DNA of 64,000 nt. It comes from Vulcanimicrobiota bacterium (GTDB taxonomy: Bacteria > Vulcanimicrobiota > Vulcanimicrobiia > Vulcanimicrobiales > Vulcanimicrobiaceae). The stretch's first letter is position 1. Every line of letters starts with the position of its first letter. The notes under the pieces are model-generated. The model saw only the letters and a program-made list of their open reading frames with translations. It did not search any database and was not told where the DNA came from. This document shows positions 57,881 to 64,000 of this stretch, one piece after another. Both the position numbers and the translations under genes were made by a program. The stretch spans positions 2,208,001 to 2,272,000 of the forward strand of contig OY968762.1 of NCBI GenBank assembly GCA_963695225.1, read 5' to 3'.

Positions 57881-60800
57881 CTAGGCGCGGGGCGGGAGGC
57901 TCGCCGGGATCGTCAGCCTCGGCCTTCCTTCGAGACCTGGGAGCGGCCGTGAAGCGTTTTCGGAGCGTAGTTGGGCCATGAGTTCCAGCGCCTTTTCCAT
58001 CTGCGGGTCCCGCCCGTCGCGTTCGTCGTGGGGTGCGACGTCGACGTCGTAATCCGGGTCCGTTCCGTAGTTCTCGACCGTCCAGCCCACGTCGACGAAC
58101 CAGAACGAGTACTCCGGTTGAGTTGTGATGGTGCCGTCGACGAGCGCATGGTAGGGATCGATCCCGATTACCCCGCCCCACGTCCGCTTCCCGACGAGCG
58201 GCCCGAGCCCGTAGAGCTTGAAACAGTGGCTGAAGATGTCGCCGTCGCTCCCCGCAAACTGGTTCGTGAGCGCGACGAGCGGTCCGACGGGGGATTCCGG
58301 CGGATACGGCATCGGCGGACCGTATCGCGAGACGTCGTACCCGACGCGCCGCCGCGCGAGCTTCTCGAGCAGGAGCGGCGAGACGTGCCCGCCGCGATTG
58401 TAGCGGACGTCGACGATCAGGCCCTCGCGGTTGAATTCCGACAAGAAGCCGCGGTGGAACTCGGAGAAGCCCCAGGGACCCATGTCCGGGATGTGGACGT
58501 ACCCGACGCGCCCATCGGTGCGGGCGTGGACCTCCTTGCGGTTCTTTTCGACCCAGGCCCGGTACCGTAGCATGCGCTCGTCCCGGAGCGTTCTCACGAC
58601 GACGCGCCGCGCCTCGCCGTTCGGCGGCGTCACGACGGTCAGCGCGACCTCGCGGCCGGCGACGTCGACGAGCGCCGCGTCGGGCGAAAACGCCCGCGTG
58701 AGCAGCCGTCCGTTGATCGCCAGGATCGCGTCCCCCTCGGCGATCAGCGTTCCCGGCTCCGCGAGCGGCGAGTCGCTCTCGCGGTTCCAGGAATCGCCGC
58801 GGCATATCCGCACGATGCGGTACCCCTTCGAGGCCTCGTCGTAGACGAGATCCGCGCCGAGGAATCCCCGGCGATGCGCGGGCGGGACGCGCCGGTCGCC
58901 GCCCATCTCGTAGGCGTGCGACGTGCCGAGCTCGCCGTGCATCTCCCACATCAAGTCCGAGAGCTCGCCGCGAGTTCGGATGCGGGGCAAGAGCCGGGCG
59001 TAGCGGTCCCGTACGAGCTCCCAATCGACGCCCGTCATCGAGGCGTCCCAGAACTGCTCGCGCTGCATCCGCCAGGCCTCGTAGAACATCTGAGCCCACT
59101 CGTCGCGCGGTTCGACCGGCACGTGCGTGCGGGCGAGATCGATCCAGCCGGTGCGGCGCCCCGCTTCGGCGGAAGGCTTGGGCTCCTCGGGGCCCTCCTC
59201 GGGCAAATCCCCTAGCGCGTCGATCACGCGCAGGCGCCCGTGCGAAGCATAGGCGAGCGTGCGGCGATCGTTCGCGAGCCGAATCTCCCCGACGTCGTTT
59301 TGGAGCGGCACGCACCGGAGTTGCTCGAAATCGTACGCGTACAGCGTGCCCGTCTCGTCGTCATCGTCGCTCGAGCCGGCGTCGCCGGGCTCGATCCCCT
59401 TGACGGGGAATTTCGTGAAGAGAACTCGTCCCTTCGCGGCGACCAACTCGGCGTAGTTCCCCTCCTCGACCGGGAAGGCGATGATGCGGCCCTGGATCCC
59501 GTCGAAATCGATCGCGATCCGCTCGGCGCGGCCGCCCTTCTTCTTACCGTCCTCGCCGTCGTCGTCTTTGTGCTCTTTGTGGATCGGCGCCGGCTTCGCG
59601 ACGAATGGGGAGGGAACGTCGCCGCGGAGCGCGATCGCGTACGGCCGGGTCGCCTGCGGGAAGCTGAGATCGAACTGCAGCGCGTCGTAGACCGGATTGA
59701 AATCGCGCGACGAGATGAAATAGAGGTACTTCCCCTCCGGGTCCCAGACGGGGGAGCGGTCTTTGCGCATCTGCGGCGTCGCATCGTGGACGGCGCCGGA
59801 TTTCACCTTCGCGATCCGGACGATCGCGGTGTCGGGGGTGGCGATCCAGGCGTTCTCCGTCGCGCAGGCGTACGCGAGCCAACGCCCGTCCGGCGAGAAC
59901 GCGAGGTCCCGGATGCGCGAGGCCGGACTCTTGTCGAGCGTGCGGACGCGGCGCTCATCGAGGTCGACCAGCAGCAGCTCGTGCCGGTGATTCGCGATCG
60001 CGACGATCTCGGCGGCGGGCGAGGCTGCGAGCTCGGTGACGCGGCCGATATCCTCGCTCGTGATCGCGATCGGGTCTCGTTCGCGGCTCGCGTCGTGGAG
60101 TTCGATCCGCTCCCGGCCGCCGGCATCGCTGACGCACACGAAGCGCTTTCCGTCGGGAAGCCAGGCGACGAGCCGGTAACGGACGCGGCTTCCCTCACCG
60201 TGCAAGATCGCCGCCTCTTCCCACAGCGGCATCGTGATGGGCCGTCCGCGGGCGGCGAGCGCGAGGCACGTTCCGTCGGGGCTCGGCGCGAACTCGTCCA
60301 ACTCGTCCGCGACGTCGAGGAAACGGCGCGAGGTCTGCGTCGAGCCCGACGGCGCTTCGATCGGGACCGTCTCGACCCGGCCCGAACCGGGATCGAGGAC
60401 GCGCACTTCGGCGCCCGCCGCGTAGACGATCGACGTACCGTCCGTGGATGGGAAGCGGACGTAGTACTCGGTCTCGTCGGTGTGACGGCGTAGGCCGCTG
60501 CCGTCGGGGAGGACGGAGTAGAGGTTGCCGACGCCCTCGTGATCGGAGAGGAAGAAGACGCGCTCGCCTACCCACATCGGCCAGACCACGTTCCCGGTGA
60601 GGCTGACCAGGCGCGCGAACGTTCCCGTCCCGCGCGCGTCGATCCAGACGTCTCCGGCGGTCCCGCCCCGATAACGCTTCCAGCGAGCCGGATCGTCATT
60701 GTTAAGGCCGAGCGCGAGGCGCCCGTCGGGGGAGAGGCTCAGCGTCCGCACCTGTCCCAGGCGGAGCGGCGTGGGAGCGCCGCCGGCGGCCGGAATCGAG

Positions 60801-61156
60801 AAGCCCGTCGATTCTTTGACGAACGGCGAGAAGGCGTCCGACGCGAACAGGATGGAGTTGCCGTCGGGCGTCCAGCCGGAGACGATGCACATATCGCCGC
60901 CGAGAAACGTCAGGCGGGTCGCTTCCCCGCCGGCCGCTGGCATCACGTAGACTTCGGGGTGCCCTTCCTCGCGTGCTACGAATGCGAGCGAGCTCCCGTC
61001 CGGAGAGAAGCGCGGCGTAGCGATGTCGCCGCGGCCCGTCGTCAGGCGGCGTGCGATGCCGCCGGCGCGCGGCACGGTCCAGAGGTCGTCCTCGCAGACG
61101 AAGACGATCGCGTCGTTCGCGATCGTCGGGAAGCGGTAATAGCCGAGCTTGGTCAT
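57881..61156 (-). CDS. Tricorn-like protease (S41B)
   Basis: GYYRFP, EDDLW, WKRYRGG, propeller repeats, PDZ-like region, SHAY, DVRYNRGG, GSDGDIF, RTWGG, VENYG. Confidence 0.93.
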   Translation of the reverse strand: MTKLGYYRFPTIANDAIVFVCEDDLWTVPRAGGIARRLTTGRGDIATPRFSPDGSSLAFVAREEGHPEVYVMPAAGGEATRLTFLGGDMCIVSGWTPDGNSILFASDAFSPFVKESTGFSIPAAGGAPTPLRLGQVRTLSLSPDGRLALGLNNDDPARWKRYRGGTAGDVWIDARGTGTFARLVSLTGNVVWPMWVGERVFFLSDHEGVGNLYSVLPDGSGLRRHTDETEYYVRFPSTDGTSIVYAAGAEVRVLDPGSGRVETVPIEAPSGSTQTSRRFLDVADELDEFAPSPDGTCLALAARGRPITMPLWEEAAILHGEGSRVRYRLVAWLPDGKRFVCVSDAGGRERIELHDASRERDPIAITSEDIGRVTELAASPAAEIVAIANHRHELLLVDLDERRVRTLDKSPASRIRDLAFSPDGRWLAYACATENAWIATPDTAIVRIAKVKSGAVHDATPQMRKDRSPVWDPEGKYLYFISSRDFNPVYDALQFDLSFPQATRPYAIALRGDVPSPFVAKPAPIHKEHKDDDGEDGKKKGGRAERIAIDFDGIQGRIIAFPVEEGNYAELVAAKGRVLFTKFPVKGIEPGDAGSSDDDDETGTLYAYDFEQLRCVPLQNDVGEIRLANDRRTLAYASHGRLRVIDALGDLPEEGPEEPKPSAEAGRRTGWIDLARTHVPVEPRDEWAQMFYEAWRMQREQFWDASMTGVDWELVRDRYARLLPRIRTRGELSDLMWEMHGELGTSHAYEMGGDRRVPPAHRRGFLGADLVYDEASKGYRIVRICRGDSWNRESDSPLAEPGTLIAEGDAILAINGRLLTRAFSPDAALVDVAGREVALTVVTPPNGEARRVVVRTLRDERMLRYRAWVEKNRKEVHARTDGRVGYVHIPDMGPWGFSEFHRGFLSEFNREGLIVDVRYNRGGHVSPLLLEKLARRRVGYDVSRYGPPMPYPPESPVGPLVALTNQFAGSDGDIFSHCFKLYGLGPLVGKRTWGGVIGIDPYHALVDGTITTQPEYSFWFVDVGWTVENYGTDPDYDVDVAPHDERDGRDPQMEKALELMAQLRSENASRPLPGLEGRPRLTIPASLPPRA

Positions 61157-61237
61157 GGAACTGCAGTTATCGGAGCGAACGGATCGTTCCCACCGGGGCG
61201 AGCGGCAAGCCGTGCGCCCGCGCCGAAAGGGAGCGCG

Positions 61238-61561
61238 ATGACGGGCTTCCGAGAGCACTTTCTGGATAAGTACTTCGCGTACCGGCGGCGCTACGTCGCG
61301 GCGATCGCGGAGCGTGCGCCCGGCCGCGTCCGTCTCGCGATTACGTCCGAGGTCGCGCGCCTGGCGTTCGTCATCTTCGGAGCGGCGCTGTGCGCCCTCA
61401 TCTTCGGCTTGTTGACGTTCGCCGCGTTCGCAATCGACGGCTTCGGCTGGCGAGGGGTCGCGTTCGGATCGTGCGCTGCTTCGTCCTTGACGTTCGGCTT
61501 GCTTGCGCTACGCGGCTTGCTCGACGCGATCGCCGCGGCGCGCTCTCTGCGCAAAACGTAA
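61238..61561 (+). CDS. Hypothetical membrane protein
   Basis: GGGAG RBS, ATG 61238; two hydrophobic segments. Confidence 0.6.
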   Translation: MTGFREHFLDKYFAYRRRYVAAIAERAPGRVRLAITSEVARLAFVIFGAALCALIFGLLTFAAFAIDGFGWRGVAFGSCAASSLTFGLLALRGLLDAIAAARSLRKT

Positions 61562-61662
61562 AGATCGTGACGACCTCTTCAGCTTTCTGCTGCGACGGCC
61601 GAAAACCCGAGTACAGCGTGAGACGGTTAAGGTCTCGCGTCGTTCGCACAGGAGTCGCAACG

Positions 61663-61953
61663 GTGGAAACCCCCCACGATATCGACCAGCTGCTCTACTC
61701 GATCCTCGCGGATGCCCGCGTCGAGTCGTCGGAGCGGGACCGCCTGACGGTTGAAGATCGCGCCTTCGTCGGGAAGATGCTCGACGCCATCGATCGCGGC
61801 AGCAAGGCCGTCTTCGTGGTCGTGAATCCGGACAACAGCCTCGACTACCTGATCGCCAACGAATCGCGCACCGGCGCAATCGGAATTCTCGCCCGCATGA
61901 TCCAGCGCACCGCCCGCCACATCAACGAGCGCGGCGACCGGGCGATCGACTAA
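61663..61953 (+). CDS. Hypothetical protein (~96 aa)
   Basis: AGGAG RBS before GTG; protein-like composition; followed by hairpin. Confidence 0.65.
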   Translation: METPHDIDQLLYSILADARVESSERDRLTVEDRAFVGKMLDAIDRGSKAVFVVVNPDNSLDYLIANESRTGAIGILARMIQRTARHINERGDRAID

Positions 61954-61954
61954 T

Positions 61955-61981
61955 CGCCTACGACGCTGCGCGTCGTAGGCG
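61955..61981. terminator. Perfect hairpin after hypothetical gene
   Basis: CGCCTACGACGC-TGC-GCGTCGTAGGCG; no U-tract. Confidence 0.5.
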
Positions 61982-61986
61982 GGGTG

Positions 61987-62197
61987 TGATGCCCCACGAT
62001 GCTTGCGCATCGCGGGGACCCCACGACGGTGACGGTCCGGCTGCGCTCCTCCCGCACGCGGAGCGCGCGGGAGATTCCCCGCGATGATACCCCACGATGC
62101 TTGCGCATCGCGGGGACCCCACGACGGTGACGGTCCGGCTGCGCTCCTCCCGCACGCGGAGCGCGCGGGAGATTCCCCGCGATGGAACATCGCGGGG
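61987..62197. repeat. Tandem 98-bp direct repeat (2 copies plus closing palindrome)
   Basis: 61987-62084 and 62085-62182 differ at 1 position; each unit holds two imperfect hairpins; ends with CCCCGCGATG-GAA-CATCGCGGGG. Confidence 0.9.
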
Positions 62198-62277
62198 CCT
62201 TCTTTATTCCTGCGATCTTGTGGCGGCGAACGGGGCGGTTGGGGGCTTGGGGTTTTGGTTTGGCGTAGTGGGCGGGG

Positions 62278-63261
62278 ATGGATGAGATGGATTCGGTTAT
62301 TCTGCGGATGATCGATGCGGGGGAGCAGCGGGGTTTGGCTCGGGCGATTTCCCGGGCGGAGAGCGGGCACGGGGCCGGGTTGATGCGGGCTCTGTTCGAA
62401 CGGACGGGGCGGGCCATGACGATCGGGCTGACGGGGCCGCCCGGTGTCGGGAAGTCGACGCTTTCCTCGGCGCTCGTGCGCACCGCGCGCGCGCACGGGA
62501 AGAGCGTCGGCGTGATCTCGGTCGATCCCAGCTCGCCGTTCTCGCACGGCGCGATCCTCGGCGACCGCATTCGATTGACGGAGCATTTCACGGATCCCGA
62601 AGTGTTCATCCGCTCGATGGCCTCGCGCGGGCATCTCGGCGGCCTCGCCGGCGCGACCGGTGATGCGGTCGCGTTCATGGATGCGTTCGGCAAGGACGTC
62701 GTCATCATCGAGACGGTCGGCGTCGGCCAATCGGAGGTCGAGATCGCCGAACTCGCCGATACGACGCTCGTGTGCTTGCAACCGGGGAGCGGCGATTCGA
62801 TTCAATTGCTCAAGGCCGGGATTCTCGAAGTCGCGGACGTGTTCGTCGTGAATAAGGCCGACCACCCGATGGCCCTGCACCTGCAACGCGAGATTCGCTC
62901 GATGATGGAGATGCTCGACTTTACGGGATGGACGCCCGCGCTCGTGCTCACGCAAGCGAACGAAGGGAAAGGGCTCGCCGAACTCTGGGATGCGATCGTC
63001 GGGCACGGCGAGTACTTGCGCGCGAGCGGAGAGATGGAGCGCAAGCGGAGAACGGCCTTCGCGCATCGCGTGCGCGCGCTCGTCATGGGCGACCTCGAAA
63101 GGCAAGTCAACCGGGAGATCTCGGCGCGAACGAGGGGGCCCTTAGCGGCGGATCCCTACCGGATCGCCGCCCACATCGCTGCGGACGTGCGCGCCGGGCG
63201 CGACGAGCTGGAGCCCCCGGGAGAAACTGCCGAAGTGCGCTCGACCGTCAAAGGTCTCTGA
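62278..63261 (+). CDS. meaB: MeaB/ArgK GTPase chaperone for B12 mutases
   Basis: [52 protein letters not shown]. Confidence 0.93.
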   Translation: MDEMDSVILRMIDAGEQRGLARAISRAESGHGAGLMRALFERTGRAMTIGLTGPPGVGKSTLSSALVRTARAHGKSVGVISVDPSSPFSHGAILGDRIRLTEHFTDPEVFIRSMASRGHLGGLAGATGDAVAFMDAFGKDVVIIETVGVGQSEVEIAELADTTLVCLQPGSGDSIQLLKAGILEVADVFVVNKADHPMALHLQREIRSMMEMLDFTGWTPALVLTQANEGKGLAELWDAIVGHGEYLRASGEMERKRRTAFAHRVRALVMGDLERQVNREISARTRGPLAADPYRIAAHIAADVRAGRDELEPPGETAEVRSTVKGL

Positions 63262-63346
63262 AAGCGCCGGCGTTTCCGGGAAACGTTTCGCGCGGACCGA
63301 ACAACCCATATCCGCACTCCCCCTCAATGCCCGCAAGGAATCTGCA

Positions 63347-64000
63347 TTGGCACGAATGATCGATCGCCCCACCGGGCTTGGACCGGCGGCGTCCCCCGAG
63401 TATGCCGAACTCATCGCACGCCGCGAGGCGAAGTTGCGCCGTTCGAAGCCGCGCAGCGGACCGGGTTCGGGTGCCACGGATCGCACGATCTCGGATCTTC
63501 CGCTCAAGGCGCTGTACGGGCCGGAGGATGTCGCGCATCTCGATCTCGTTCGCGATCTGGGAGTCCCCGGCGAGTATCCGTACACGCGCGGCATCCACGC
63601 GAACATGTACCGCGACCGGCTCTGGACGATGCGCCAATTCGCCGGCTTCGGGAACGCGCGCCAGACGAACGAACGCTACCATTATCTGCTGGCGCAGGGG
63701 CAGATGGGGCTCTCGGTCGCGTTCGACATGCCGACGTTGATGGGGTACGACTCCGACAGCCCGAAATCGCTCGGCGAAGTCGGGAAGTGCGGCGTCGCGA
63801 TCGACTCGCTCGCCGATATGGAACGGCTTTTCGAGGGGATCGACATGGGCGCGATCACGACCTCGATGACGATCAACGGTCCCGCCGCGATCGCGCTCGC
63901 GCAATACATCGCGGCGGCGGAGAAGAAGGGCATTCCGCGCGCCGCGCTCGGCGGTACGCTCCAGGCGGACATTCTCAAAGAATACATCGCGCAGAAGGAG
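63347..64000 (+). CDS. B12-dependent acyl-CoA mutase large subunit, isobutyryl-CoA-mutase-type residues (3'-truncated)
   Basis: Read manually: [60 protein letters not shown]; start TTG 63347 or ATG 63356. Confidence 0.92.
   Translation, partial: MARMIDRPTGLGPAASPEYAELIARREAKLRRSKPRSGPGSGATDRTISDLPLKALYGPEDVAHLDLVRDLGVPGEYPYTRGIHANMYRDRLWTMRQFAGFGNARQTNERYHYLLAQGQMGLSVAFDMPTLMGYDSDSPKSLGEVGKCGVAIDSLADMERLFEGIDMGAITTSMTINGPAAIALAQYIAAAEKKGIPRAALGGTLQADILKEYIAQKE

Noticed and set aside
61987..62197. CRISPR array
   Set aside because: Only two units, the sequences between palindromes are identical rather than unique spacers, and no cas genes are nearby
61955..62277. Cobalamin riboswitch upstream of meaB/mutase
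   Set aside because: No recognisable B12-box; the region is explained by the tandem repeat

Overview
High-GC bacterial chromosomal window made mostly of core genes. Gene content is compatible with Candidatus Eremiobacterota/Vulcanimicrobiota, but that assignment is an unverified inference. In order: a dcw cell-wall cluster (ftsI-murE-murF-[CofE-like ligase]-mraY-murD-ftsW-murG-murC-murB-ddl, with no ftsQAZ), citrate synthase-hisB-hisH-hisA, alr, CIRCE-controlled groES-groEL, an NCS2 permease, recQ, mobA, and hom preceded by a Thr/Ile leader-peptide attenuator. Next come an S9 peptidase, a circularly permuted ATP-grasp/alpha-E/transglutaminase operon beside a CIRCE-preceded hsp20-lon pair, homospermidine synthase, pheS-pheT-cvpA preceded by a small Phe-containing YqzL-like ORF plus terminator, and infC-rpmI-rplT with an L20 leader and ATA start. 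An ~8 kb low-oxygen-like island follows (USP, ba3-type oxidase, CusF-SCO fusion, BON protein, divergent acetate kinase, sensor-less His kinase plus response regulator flanked by two paralogs of an unknown family). The window ends with tricorn protease, meaB and an isobutyryl-CoA-mutase-type B12 mutase. Two intergenic palindromic repeat structures are present. No rRNA, tRNA, CRISPR or transposase was seen. Best candidates for undescribed biology are the CofE-like amide ligase coupled between murF and mraY, the sensor-less Cys-insert kinase with its flanking small proteins, and the two leader-peptide/terminator elements. All product calls come from motif recognition by eye; no database search was run.
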